NCBI GenBank assembly: GCA_041906765.1
Contig: JAYRIP010000005.1
Location: 1,581 to 65,580, forward strand
Reading direction: 5' to 3'
Length of the DNA: 64,000 nt
Origin: Candidatus Saccharimonadales bacterium
GTDB lineage: Bacteria > Patescibacteriota > Saccharimonadia > Saccharimonadales > JAYRRP01
The position numbers were made by a program, and so were the translations under genes. The notes beneath the pieces are model-generated. The model saw only the letters and a program-made list of their open reading frames with translations. It was not told the origin of the DNA and made no database searches. The first letter of the stretch is position 1. Every line of letters starts with the position of its first letter. Positions 45,739 through 55,581 of this stretch are shown here, one piece after another.

Positions 45739-46650
45739 ATGTGGGTATATGTAGCAGCTGAAGCAACTGGTGATCTTCTGATTTCTGATCTGGTGCGGTC
45801 ATGGCTTACACTACACGGTCTGAATATACTCATAATCCTTGTCGGTGCCTGGGTACTCCGACGAATTGGCACGTTGTTTTTCAGTCAATTATTCCGTCAT
45901 ACCGTACGGCGCGACCTTTTCCCCAGTGAAGCCGAACGGAAAAAGCGCATAGACACTCTCAATAGTTTAGTCGGTGCTACCGTGAGAATTAGTGTGACGT
46001 TAATCGCCGCCATAATGATCATAGGTGAACTGGGCATTAATACTGCTCCGCTTCTTGCCAGTGCCGGGGTCTTAGGTGTTGCGCTTGGCTTTGGAGCCCA
46101 AAGTCTGATAAAAGATTTCGTCACTGGCATATTTATTATCACTGAAAACCAATACCGTGTCGGTGATATTGTGCAGATAGGCACCGTCAGTGGCATGCTC
46201 GGTACCGTAACGGGTACTATAGAAGCCATTAGTATCCGCACCACTGTGCTGAGAGATATGGATGGCAATTTGCTCCATGTGCCAAACGGGTCTATCAACG
46301 TTACCGTTAATAAGACTATCGGCCATAGTCAGATTAATGAAGATATAGTGGTCGGCCTAAACACAGATGTCGGTCAGCTCGAACACATAGTTAATCATGT
46401 GGGTGAGGAGCTAGCTACTATGCCTCAACTGCAAAGCAAAATAAAAATACCCCCTTACCTTGCACGCGTAGAAGGATTTGGTGATGATGGGCTGATAATT
46501 AAAATACAAGGCCGAACAACACCAGGCGACCAGTGGCGAGTAAAAAGTGAACTATACAAAAAGCTATTGAGCGCCTTTGCTCAACACCATATCACGGTAG
46601 CAAGCCACGACTTTACTACCTCCACACCTAAAAAAGCAAAAAACAAATAA
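45739..46650 (+). CDS. mechanosensitive ion channel protein (MscS family)
   Basis: Three TM helices and the pore-helix/beta-domain signature GFGAQSLIKDFVTGIFIITENQYRVGD. Confidence 0.85.
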   Translation: MWVYVAAEATGDLLISDLVRSWLTLHGLNILIILVGAWVLRRIGTLFFSQLFRHTVRRDLFPSEAERKKRIDTLNSLVGATVRISVTLIAAIMIIGELGINTAPLLASAGVLGVALGFGAQSLIKDFVTGIFIITENQYRVGDIVQIGTVSGMLGTVTGTIEAISIRTTVLRDMDGNLLHVPNGSINVTVNKTIGHSQINEDIVVGLNTDVGQLEHIVNHVGEELATMPQLQSKIKIPPYLARVEGFGDDGLIIKIQGRTTPGDQWRVKSELYKKLLSAFAQHHITVASHDFTTSTPKKAKNK

Positions 46651-46658
46651 TCCACTGA

Positions 46659-47222
46659 CTACAGCTGTAGAGCGCTATCTGACAGATCGGTATTGATATC
46701 AGCAGCGCCATCAGCTGCTTTTAAGCTATTATCGACTTCCTGATCTGTTTTTGTCACATCACTGGCGCTTACCTGAGGAGCTGGCTGACTACTGGTAGCT
46801 GACTGAGAAGCATTTTTGGTTGTGCTGGTTTTACCTTTAGAAAGGTAGAGAAAAACAGCGGCACCAATAAGCAGAATGGCTATAAGAGTTATTAGCACCA
46901 CAAGCGCCTTTTTACTTTTATGAGGGGTGGTCGTGGAAGGCACCGGTACATCAACTTGAGGCTCCGATGATTCAGGAGAATGAGTAGCACTTTCTTGATC
47001 TTTCTCATCAGTTTCATCAGGAGTTGTTTTGGCTTCTTTTTCGACAGCAATTTCTGATGTGGAAGGCTCTATCTCTGGTTGAGAGGGTTTGCTGTCAACT
47101 GGCTCATCACCAATCGTTGGTGCTCCTGCCGGCAACTCGTCTACTACCGACGCTGCAGTCGGTTTATCCTCTTTTGTGGCTTTGACGGCTGGCTTTATGT
47201 CATTAAAAATTTTATCATCCAT
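46659..47222 (-). CDS. membrane-anchored acidic low-complexity protein, hypothetical
   Basis: 187 aa with one central TM and Glu/Pro/Ser/Thr-rich flanks. Confidence 0.45.
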   Translation of the reverse strand: MDDKIFNDIKPAVKATKEDKPTAASVVDELPAGAPTIGDEPVDSKPSQPEIEPSTSEIAVEKEAKTTPDETDEKDQESATHSPESSEPQVDVPVPSTTTPHKSKKALVVLITLIAILLIGAAVFLYLSKGKTSTTKNASQSATSSQPAPQVSASDVTKTDQEVDNSLKAADGAADINTDLSDSALQL

Positions 47223-47225
47223 AAT

Positions 47226-47963
47226 TTAGTTTCCTGACGTCGTATTACTTGATGAGTTGTTGCCCTCTAGTTGCTGACGAATAGTCTTTAACGTTGGCTT
47301 GATACTATTTTGCACGTAATTCTTAATATCTAACGCCGCCTGAATGACTGCATCTCGCTTAGTCCGGGCAGTCTCCAAAGCCGCCTTAAAGCCAGCGGGG
47401 TCTGTTTTGCAATCCATTGCCCGAACATCGCTGAGCGCTTGTTGGTAATCAGACTGAGTCGTATTAAAGCTGGCAATTTTTCCGTCGAGCACTGTTTTCT
47501 GCTGGCTCAGAGTGGTCGTATCAATCCCTTTCGTCTTTAATTTTTCAATTAACTTGGAAAGGTGGTCTTGTAATTCGTTATAGGCTTTCACGCGCTTCGG
47601 GACATTGGCTTTCAGTCTGTCCTCACCGAGCTTAACAATGCCCTGGGCACCAATGCACCGGGCTTTCAGGCGGGCTTCCTGCACTGCAGTAAGTTTTATC
47701 TTCAGCTCAGCCTTGTGTTTTTCCACTCTCTCTTTAATTTTCTGCAAATCAACTTCAGGCTCTTTCTTAGGAGTGGTACTAGCAGTGTCACTATTATTAG
47801 AAGAAGTGGTGTCTTCAGCTATTTGTGACCCTTGGGTTGATCCCTCATGAGCCAGTGCTACTGGCGATAAAACGAGCACCGCAAAAATCAAAGCAGCGCT
47901 TATGGTTCGTGCAAAATTTCTCATATTCCTTACGCTTTTATTAAATTCCTTAATAAATCCCAT
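47226..47963 (-). CDS. secreted coiled-coil protein, hypothetical
   Basis: The signal-peptide-like N-terminus ends ...PVALAHEG. The body is helical and Lys/Glu/Gln-rich. Confidence 0.45.
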   Translation of the reverse strand: MGFIKEFNKSVRNMRNFARTISAALIFAVLVLSPVALAHEGSTQGSQIAEDTTSSNNSDTASTTPKKEPEVDLQKIKERVEKHKAELKIKLTAVQEARLKARCIGAQGIVKLGEDRLKANVPKRVKAYNELQDHLSKLIEKLKTKGIDTTTLSQQKTVLDGKIASFNTTQSDYQQALSDVRAMDCKTDPAGFKAALETARTKRDAVIQAALDIKNYVQNSIKPTLKTIRQQLEGNNSSSNTTSGN

Positions 47964-47977
47964 TTTATCACAAGCGT

Positions 47978-48853
47978 TTAGGGCAGACAGTACACACCCT
48001 TTTCACACGTTAACAACCCCTCTGTTTCTAATGCCTGCAAAACAGTGCCCAGCCGCTTGTCATTTATTTGAGTATGCAGCTCTTCCGCTGAATAAGAACT
48101 ATTGAGCAGTAAACGCAAGACTTGGCCACGCAGTTGTCGTGTCGACCCTACAAACGGACTCTGTCGGCGATAGTGCCGACTCTGTCGATGCAAAATGGGT
48201 GTAACAGACTTGAGGTAAGTGCCATAATCCATTAACGCCCAGTACCATTGCCGAATATTTTTTGTTGGTAGCGTTTGCTTGACGTAAATCTTAATATTCC
48301 TATCGGGCACATCTATTTTGTCTTGAAAAAAGTGATGAAAAAACACCGTGCGAATATTAGTCTCAACAAAGATACAAGGCTCATCAAACGCATAGACACA
48401 TACTGCTGCTGCCGTATTTTCGCCTATGCCTGGTAGTTTCTGAAGAGCTTTTACATTGTTAGGTATTCGCCCGCTATGGTCTTTTACAATCATATACGCT
48501 GCATCATGCAGAAATTTGGCTCGACGGTTATAGCCAAGCCCGCTCCAGGCAGCTAATACCTCAGATAGAGGTGCCTTAGAAAGTGTATATACATCTGGAA
48601 AAAGTTGCAGGAATTGGCTGTATTTCACCTTAACGCGCTCTACCTGGGTCTGCTGCAACATATACTCTGAAACTAAGATATGGTACGGATCAATTGTTCC
48701 GTCAGACTCGGTGTACCGCCAAGGTAGTTGGCGAGAATGATGACGGTAATACGACCACACAGCCTTCCTGAATTTGTTGATAGTAGCCGGCGTCATAGAC
48801 ACACCTCTTACCCTACCATAACTCCGAGAATCAAGGGCTAGTAGTAATACCAC
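47978..48853 (-). CDS. mutY: MutY-like HhH-GPD adenine DNA glycosylase lacking the Fe-S cluster loop
   Basis: SEYMLQQTQV (catalytic Glu context), WSGLGYNRRAKFLH, HhH LPGIGENTAAAV and LMDYG (Asp). No C-x6-C-x2-C-x5-C cluster and no NUDIX-like C-terminal domain are present. A more likely start is ATG 48796. Confidence 0.7.
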   Translation of the reverse strand: MVLLLALDSRSYGRVRGVSMTPATINKFRKAVWSYYRHHSRQLPWRYTESDGTIDPYHILVSEYMLQQTQVERVKVKYSQFLQLFPDVYTLSKAPLSEVLAAWSGLGYNRRAKFLHDAAYMIVKDHSGRIPNNVKALQKLPGIGENTAAAVCVYAFDEPCIFVETNIRTVFFHHFFQDKIDVPDRNIKIYVKQTLPTKNIRQWYWALMDYGTYLKSVTPILHRQSRHYRRQSPFVGSTRQLRGQVLRLLLNSSYSAEELHTQINDKRLGTVLQALETEGLLTCEKGVYCLP

Positions 48854-50742
48854 CGTTCTGATGAATTCGTATTGGTTACATCACGGATCTTGCGTGGCTC
48901 TCCTCCATCAACATTGACTACATAATCCGCGGTTTCTTGATCTGTATGGACACGATACACAAATGTACTATTGTTGAGCCACCGGGCTGGTGTCGACAAG
49001 CCGCTTTGGCTCTTTAAGACTTTCTCGCTCTTTTGGCTCACGTCCAATAGTACCGCCACACCTTTACCGTCTCGTTGATCCATCCACAAGCTTCGTTTTT
49101 TATCGGGACTATCCACGTAAATCCGGTTTTTCGCCTCTACAGGCGCATGGCTAAGCTTCGACAGCTTGGTATCGCCCACCTTCAATTCATACCAATCCTG
49201 CTGCACCGATATTGAGAACTTGTCATAGTCTGACCTGAAGAGATTCCAGGTTTCTTTGTCCAATAACGTTTGCTTTTTTGATCCGTCTGGTGAAATTTTG
49301 AACAACCCCGTCGCCTGATTTCCCTGGTAAGTTGCAGACGGTGCATAATAAATATCATCGCCAATTTGCACGACATCATTGAATGAATTGCTTGCAGCAA
49401 GCTCCTTTGCGTCCGCACGAGATTTGTAATCATAGGTCATAAGCCGTTGGCGCTTGGGATTGCTAGCACTGGCACCAGCCGCAATTTGGACATACGTTAT
49501 CCTGTCGCCTGACCATCCCACTACCTGAATACGTTCGGACTGCACCAAGTTCGTCACCTCATTATTTGAGAGGTTAATCAATAGTAATGCACTAAGCAGA
49601 AAACCGTCTTTATTACGAGTTCCATCACGAGTTGAAACGAGTGCTACCCAATCTGAGTCTGGGCTGGGAAAAATATCAATGTCATCTCGTTCTTTTTCTG
49701 TACCTGCCAGTACCACGGATTCATTTTTGCCGTCTGCATCGATTTTGTATACGTCAAATTTACCTGAACGTTTTGATACAAAAGCGTGTTTGCGGGCAGG
49801 TACCATTTTTACTTGTTGTTCTATTTTGCTGGCAAGATCATAAGTGAAGCTCTCATCACGGTAGTTATCAGCTTTTACCGTCACTGTCATCTCAGCTTTA
49901 TCGCTTGCTTCAACGGTAAGCACAATTTTGCCGTCTTTATCTGCAAGTGCTGAAGCTTCGCCGCTCGATGCTTCCGCCCCCTCCACTGCTTTGTCAGATA
50001 GAAAATCCTTTGCAAAAAACACATAGCGAGCTCCTACCGCCTTAAGCGGATAACCACCCAGTGGGTTGCTACCCAGACCAATCGTCACAGATTTATTGAA
50101 TTCAGCAAAAGCCCTTTTTTGGACAGTTAATTGTGAGCGACCAAGTTTTAATTTTTGGAACTGTACTTTACCTTCTTTGTCCGTCACTCCCGACTGATTC
50201 CCAAGTGTAACCTGAACATTTTTCAGCGGTAATTGGGTTCCTTCATCTACTACCTTCAGGGAAGCCTTGGCTCGCACACCCACGCTGTTCAAAAGAAAAT
50301 ATCGGCTATTTGGTATTGCCATCAGCCCGACAAGCAGAACTACCCCACCAATAATGGTGGTCCAGCGAGCAATCGGGTTGTTCCACCAACGCCGAATTAG
50401 ATCCTTTATCTTTGCTTTTAATCCTTGCGGCTCAGATTTCTGGAAGGCTTTTTGCAGTTCAGCGTCTTCAGCCTCTAACAAGGCGTCACCCTCTTTAGCT
50501 GCAATATCATCAACTGCATCCTCTGCTACCGGATCTTCTGGAATGTCATCTTCAGTCTTGCTCTCGACAGTATCATTTAAAGGAGCTTCTGCGCTTTGGG
50601 TGGGATCTATTACCTGCCCCGGAGATGGTTGCACGCCACCACCTGTAGCCGCCTCTTCTACTGTAGGTCCCATTAAGGACTCTACCCGCTTCTCTACCTC
50701 GGTTTTATCAGACGATGACGATTTATTTTTTTTATTTGGCAT
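48838..50742 (-). CDS. membrane-anchored protein with carboxypeptidase-regulatory-like and TolB/PD40-like beta-propeller regions
   Basis: 634 aa: acidic N-terminus, one TM, Ig/CarbopepD_reg-like repeats (VTLGNQSGVTDKEGKVQF), then PD40-like repeats (SPDSDWVALVS, SPDGSKK, SPDKKRSLW). Confidence 0.55.
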   Translation of the reverse strand: MPNKKNKSSSSDKTEVEKRVESLMGPTVEEAATGGGVQPSPGQVIDPTQSAEAPLNDTVESKTEDDIPEDPVAEDAVDDIAAKEGDALLEAEDAELQKAFQKSEPQGLKAKIKDLIRRWWNNPIARWTTIIGGVVLLVGLMAIPNSRYFLLNSVGVRAKASLKVVDEGTQLPLKNVQVTLGNQSGVTDKEGKVQFQKLKLGRSQLTVQKRAFAEFNKSVTIGLGSNPLGGYPLKAVGARYVFFAKDFLSDKAVEGAEASSGEASALADKDGKIVLTVEASDKAEMTVTVKADNYRDESFTYDLASKIEQQVKMVPARKHAFVSKRSGKFDVYKIDADGKNESVVLAGTEKERDDIDIFPSPDSDWVALVSTRDGTRNKDGFLLSALLLINLSNNEVTNLVQSERIQVVGWSGDRITYVQIAAGASASNPKRQRLMTYDYKSRADAKELAASNSFNDVVQIGDDIYYAPSATYQGNQATGLFKISPDGSKKQTLLDKETWNLFRSDYDKFSISVQQDWYELKVGDTKLSKLSHAPVEAKNRIYVDSPDKKRSLWMDQRDGKGVAVLLDVSQKSEKVLKSQSGLSTPARWLNNSTFVYRVHTDQETADYVVNVDGGEPRKIRDVTNTNSSERWYYY

Positions 50743-50826
50743 GTGCTTATTATAGGTCTTTACGATACCATAAAACCCGTAAAAAAGCCCGTTTTACAGG
50801 TTCATTTGTTTGGCTATTGTGCGCCT

Positions 50827-51615
50827 TTATACGCGGCGCTTATATCGCCAAATTGCTAATGGTATAAAAACAGCTAGAATGCCAGCAACCCATAGAAGTA
50901 ATTTCCAGATTGCCCCGTTACTAGGTATGCCAAGCGCTAACTCCCGAGCCGCTTGTACAGCAAAAGTAACTGGCTGGTTACGAGCAAAAGCCTGTAGCCA
51001 AGCCGGCATTGTTTGCAGTGGCACAAAAGCAGCACTTGCAAATGTCATGGGGAAAATAAACACAAAACCTGCCAATTGAGCGGTTTCCGAATCACTCGTC
51101 GTCATACCGATAAATGCAAATGCCCATGAAAGTGAGAAACTAAAAGCCAGTAAAAGTGCCACCATCCCGATTGCATTTAATACCCCATTTTGGAAACGAA
51201 AACCTAGCAGTGTACCCACAGTGAGCATTATTCCGGCAACAGAGAGATTTCGTATCATGTCAGAGAAGGTACGGCCTGCCATCACCGCGCTGCGGCTCAT
51301 CGGCAGACTACGGAAGCGGTCGATAATACCTTTGCCCATGTCTTCTGCCAGACCAATACCCGTTTGGATAGCACCAAACATCATAGTTTGGGTTAATATG
51401 CCGGGCAATAAGAAATTGATATATTTTCCGCCCGGTACACCTGTGGCGGCACCAATTGCTCCCCCAAATACATAATTAAACAACACCAAAAAAATAATCG
51501 GTTGAACTGAAGAAAAGAATAATAGCAGCGGCAAACGTAAGTAGCGAAATAAATTACGTTTTGTAATCGCCCATGTGTCGCTAGCCTGGAAATATGCTCC
51601 TTTGATAACGCTCAT
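50827..51615 (-). CDS. ABC-2 type transporter permease (DrrB-like)
   Basis: 262 aa with 6 TM helices. It overlaps the upstream ATPase gene by 4 nt. Confidence 0.8.
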   Translation of the reverse strand: MSVIKGAYFQASDTWAITKRNLFRYLRLPLLLFFSSVQPIIFLVLFNYVFGGAIGAATGVPGGKYINFLLPGILTQTMMFGAIQTGIGLAEDMGKGIIDRFRSLPMSRSAVMAGRTFSDMIRNLSVAGIMLTVGTLLGFRFQNGVLNAIGMVALLLAFSFSLSWAFAFIGMTTSDSETAQLAGFVFIFPMTFASAAFVPLQTMPAWLQAFARNQPVTFAVQAARELALGIPSNGAIWKLLLWVAGILAVFIPLAIWRYKRRV

Positions 51616-52598
51616 TGCCGACGACCTTTCTTTTCATTCTTGGGCGGCTTTTCTTTTGGCTTTTCGCCAGTTACGCTCAAAAATACATCATCAAGGGTAG
51701 GGCGGTGAAGCGAAATCGATTCGGGATTCAGCTTTGCCTCATCTAGCGCTCTTACCACTTCCACTAATTTTTTTCGGCCATCTTTGACAGACAGAGTAAT
51801 GTTGCCCATTTCATCAACCGAGGGGTTTTTGGTGGTAAATTTACGAACTACTTCGATAGCTTTGGCCTGTTGTTTTTCGTTGACCTCAAATTCAATCACA
51901 TCGCCACCCAAATGGCTTTTCAGTTGATCGCTCGTCCCCTCAATAATCAGTTTCCCTTGATCAATAACTGCGATATGATCAGCTAACTCATCCGCTTCTT
52001 CTAAATATTGTGTCGTCAAGAGGATACTAGTCCCATCCGCAACCAGCTGGCGAATAATGTGCCATAGCTCGAGGCGGGTACGCGGATCAAGGCCAGTGGT
52101 CGGTTCATCCAAAAACAATATCTTGGGTCGGCCAACCAAACTTGCGCCAAGGTCGAGTCGCCGACGCATGCCACCTGAATATGTTTTTACTTGACGCGAG
52201 GCAGCATCTTCGAGATTAAGTTCTTTTAACAATTCGAGTGCCCGCTGTTTGGATTGAGTGTGGTTCAGGTGATAAAGTCGCCCAACCATATAGATATTTT
52301 CATAGCCTGTCAGAAACTCATCTACTGCGGCAAATTGGCCAGCCAAACCGATAACTTGCCGTACCTCACCCGGTTGCTTAACCACATCCAAGCCCAGAAC
52401 TTTAGCCGATCCTTTCGTCGGCTCAAGTAATGTACTCAACATTCTTACAAGGGTAGTTTTGCCAGCACCGTTTGGACCAAGCAAGCCATATACCTTGCCC
52501 TGATCCGCTTTTAGGCTAACGCCGTCCAGTGCCTTTACCTCGCCGTAATACTTTGCGGCACGAGAGACTTCAAATGCATAATTTTTTGCCATTGCCAA
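51612..52598 (-). CDS. ABC transporter ATP-binding protein (DrrA/daunorubicin-resistance-like)
   Basis: Walker A GPNGAGKTT, signature YSGGMRRRL, Walker B ILFLDEPTTGLD, and the C-terminal accessory domain typical of DrrA-like ATPases. Confidence 0.9.
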   Translation of the reverse strand: MAMAKNYAFEVSRAAKYYGEVKALDGVSLKADQGKVYGLLGPNGAGKTTLVRMLSTLLEPTKGSAKVLGLDVVKQPGEVRQVIGLAGQFAAVDEFLTGYENIYMVGRLYHLNHTQSKQRALELLKELNLEDAASRQVKTYSGGMRRRLDLGASLVGRPKILFLDEPTTGLDPRTRLELWHIIRQLVADGTSILLTTQYLEEADELADHIAVIDQGKLIIEGTSDQLKSHLGGDVIEFEVNEKQQAKAIEVVRKFTTKNPSVDEMGNITLSVKDGRKKLVEVVRALDEAKLNPESISLHRPTLDDVFLSVTGEKPKEKPPKNEKKGRRQ

Positions 52599-52631
52599 AT
52601 AATGTACGCCATAAAACTTAACATGTAAAGT

Positions 52632-53276
52632 TTAGACAGTTATTAATTCTTCCAAGGAAGGCTTTACTAGACTCGTAAGTAATACATGGCCAGCTTCATT
52701 TGGATGTAGGCCATCCGCAAATAATTCCGGGTGGTTTTTGAAATGTTCAAATACAGGTACATGTGATATATGGGTTTCCCGGCAAAACTCTCGAAGCCTT
52801 GTTTCAAATTCCCATATCCTTTTGCTGTCATAGGATTTCTTCGTGCTACTAAACGCCCATGGATTACAAAGTTGATCATCAACAGCCGGCAACCCTACAA
52901 CCAGCAACCTTTTTGTTAGTGAAAGAGCCGTATCGGCAATAGCACGCATAGTTTCTTGATACTGTTGAGGAGAAGAACGAGTAACTTCTCGGTTCATTAC
53001 CGTATCATTCGTGCCAATTGCAACCACGATAGCCGTTTCTTCAGGATAGATCTGGCGAAAGTTAAACTCAGGTTCCAGCCGCTTTAACACTCCTGCAGCT
53101 GTATCTCCGGAAATACCGAGATTAAAGCCTTCTATCCATCGTGCATCTGGTTTGTCGCGGTCCAGATGTGATTGCCAGTGGTAATGATTAAGCAAACGAG
53201 TTGCCCACCCCCCTTGCGGATCAAAAAATCCATGCGTAATGCTGTCGCCATAAATTAAAATCCTCATGATCCCCAT
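52632..53276 (-). CDS. SGNH/GDSL hydrolase family protein
   Basis: Block I YGDSITHG, block III GTND and block V DGLHPNEAGH. Confidence 0.75.
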   Translation of the reverse strand: MGIMRILIYGDSITHGFFDPQGGWATRLLNHYHWQSHLDRDKPDARWIEGFNLGISGDTAAGVLKRLEPEFNFRQIYPEETAIVVAIGTNDTVMNREVTRSSPQQYQETMRAIADTALSLTKRLLVVGLPAVDDQLCNPWAFSSTKKSYDSKRIWEFETRLREFCRETHISHVPVFEHFKNHPELFADGLHPNEAGHVLLTSLVKPSLEELITV

Positions 53277-53304
53277 TATAGCTCTTCACCGAGGAAGCAA
53301 AGAG

Positions 53305-54162
53305 CTATTTGCAATAATCGCTGGTCGAGCCGGCTGACTGATCGCCAGGTGGCAAGGATTTTATAAGTCTAGCATCATTTGCAGATAATAAATCAAACCA
53401 ACAAACTGCATAGGCTGCCTGGGAAAGTTCATTTTGGTGCCTCGCGACATATGATTGATCTTTAGAAGCTCCATTACGCTGGCGAAGGTCATAAACTCCG
53501 AGATCGAATGACACATTATGAGTGTTCTTGAAGCCAACAGCTGTCGCAATGGTGTCACCTTTCTTTAGGGTGATAGGTTTCTCAAAATTTGTCGTGCGCG
53601 AGTCGTCGGGCTTGGCTACAGGTAACTTGTCGGCTTCGGCTTGCATAGCAGGGGAAAGTGTTAGTAAGTGGTCGAACCGCACCGACAATCCACATGGATG
53701 AGTAATACGAAGCATATATTGCACCTCACCCTGTTCAATATATCGGCTGCCTTCGACTAATTGTCCATCAATTGGAGCTTTTACTGTTATATCGCTGTTA
53801 TTTGAGTTTCGAAAAATAAAACCGCCATGAGGTTTGTAATTATTGCCTCGAACTTGCCCAGGATAAAGCACCGCGGTTGCCTTACTAATATCGGCCGGTG
53901 AGTCTATTTTCAGAGGATCGTCACAGCTAGGTGGCGTTCCACTTGCCTGCCACTTTTCACCGCCCCACATCCAGGTTACGTTTGCGTTGCTATTTGTTTG
54001 TTGGTTTGCTCTTTGACCGCTGCCGTCATTAACACTTTTTACGTCATCTTTTTTCTTGTCGTTGTTCAGCACCCGCCAACCTACAAAGCCAATTGCGGCA
54101 AAAACAACGAACGCCATTACGACTGCTACGACGTGCGAGCCTTTGGCATCCAATTTCTTCAT
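53305..54162 (-). CDS. secreted/membrane-anchored hypothetical protein
   Basis: 285 aa with an N-terminal TM or signal anchor. No confident motif was found. Confidence 0.45.
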   Translation of the reverse strand: MKKLDAKGSHVVAVVMAFVVFAAIGFVGWRVLNNDKKKDDVKSVNDGSGQRANQQTNSNANVTWMWGGEKWQASGTPPSCDDPLKIDSPADISKATAVLYPGQVRGNNYKPHGGFIFRNSNNSDITVKAPIDGQLVEGSRYIEQGEVQYMLRITHPCGLSVRFDHLLTLSPAMQAEADKLPVAKPDDSRTTNFEKPITLKKGDTIATAVGFKNTHNVSFDLGVYDLRQRNGASKDQSYVARHQNELSQAAYAVCWFDLLSANDARLIKSLPPGDQSAGSTSDYCK

Positions 54163-54233
54163 GATTTTTTCCTTTTATTTTTAGGATTCTCTTACTAAAT
54201 CTAATCCAGTTTTTTGAAATTGTAAACTGTACT

Positions 54234-55544
54234 TTATGGAGTGAGCCGGTTGATATCACGAGGAAATAGAGTCGCTTCTTTGACGTTGTTAAAGCCCACG
54301 AGTTTTTGGGTTAATCGCTCCAGGCCAAGTCCAAATCCTCCATGTGGTGGCATGCCATACTTCATAGCAGTGAGTAGTGGCCTAAAACCAGGATCTTCTG
54401 GATCACCTTTAGCCAAGGCCTTGAGTTGTGCTATTACTTTTTCGTATCTGTGCTCACGCATACTTCCAGTCGTAATCTCAACACCACGGAATAATAGATC
54501 AACGCGATCGGCAACTTCTGAATTCCTTTCATTAGCCTTATGGTAAAACTTCATCTCGCTGGCTGGCCATTCGCTTACGAAGACAGCTTCACTATCCAAG
54601 TTCTTTTTAGCATATTCGCAAATCCAACGCTCTTCATCGGGTCGTAGATCTTTTTCACCAACACTGTTTTCACCTGTAGCTTTGCTATATTTTTCATGAA
54701 TCTCGGCCATGGAAATAGTAGGGATTTCTTTGGGAAGTACTGGCTTGGTAGCATTCCATCGCTTTAGTTCAGGTTCGTGTTCTGCCCAAACGGTTTCACA
54801 AACCCGATTTAGTAGCTCTGACAAGAGAGCTTGTAAATCAGATAATGAAATAAATCCAAGCTCACCGTCTACAGATGTATACTCAGTCATATGCCTAGTA
54901 GTAGCACTAGGTTCAGCCCTATACACTGGTGCAATCTCAAATACTCGTTCAAAAACACCAACCATCATTTGCTTATAGAACTGCGGACTTTGTGCGAGAG
55001 TAGCGACTTTACCAAAATAGTCCATTTGGAATACTTCAGCACCACCTTCGGTTGGTTCGGCGAGTAGCTTTGGTGAGTGTATTTCAGTAAAACCTCGTTC
55101 ATCAAAGTACTGACGCAGTTCTCGGCAAATAGTTGCTTGAATTTTAAAGATTGCGGCTTCTTGTAGATTGCGGAGTCCTAGTGCACGATTATCAAGCAGA
55201 GTATCTAAATGCTCACTCTTATGGCTTAGGGGTTTATCAATCTCTATAGGTGGTTCGACAGTCACGGGCACTTCGACAGTAATCTCAGGTTGGTGAATTT
55301 CTGCTCCTCCTGGCGCCCGATCATCTTGGACTGATTGCCCGCTTACTGTGAGCACCGTACCAACTTGTAATCCTCGTAACTTTTCGACTTCTTCACCCTT
55401 CTCTACCAAAATCTGTACTACACCAGAGCGATCACGCAGGTTAATGAAATTTAATCCGCCAAGTAAACGCTTTTTGTGCAACCAGCCTCTTACTTGAACC
55501 TGCGTACCTATATGTTTCACAACATCGCTGTTCAGAATTCGCAT
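54234..55544 (-). CDS. aspS: aspartate--tRNA ligase, type 2 (archaeal/eukaryote-like, possibly non-discriminating)
   Basis: 436 aa with an OB-fold N-terminus and class II motifs (FRAE-like YRAEPSATTRHMTEY; GGFGLGLERL). The C-terminal ending FPRDINRLTP is characteristic of type-2 AspRS. Confidence 0.85.
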   Translation of the reverse strand: MRILNSDVVKHIGTQVQVRGWLHKKRLLGGLNFINLRDRSGVVQILVEKGEEVEKLRGLQVGTVLTVSGQSVQDDRAPGGAEIHQPEITVEVPVTVEPPIEIDKPLSHKSEHLDTLLDNRALGLRNLQEAAIFKIQATICRELRQYFDERGFTEIHSPKLLAEPTEGGAEVFQMDYFGKVATLAQSPQFYKQMMVGVFERVFEIAPVYRAEPSATTRHMTEYTSVDGELGFISLSDLQALLSELLNRVCETVWAEHEPELKRWNATKPVLPKEIPTISMAEIHEKYSKATGENSVGEKDLRPDEERWICEYAKKNLDSEAVFVSEWPASEMKFYHKANERNSEVADRVDLLFRGVEITTGSMREHRYEKVIAQLKALAKGDPEDPGFRPLLTAMKYGMPPHGGFGLGLERLTQKLVGFNNVKEATLFPRDINRLTP

Positions 55545-55581
55545 GCTCGTATTATAAACAGATTAAGGGTGATACAAGAAA

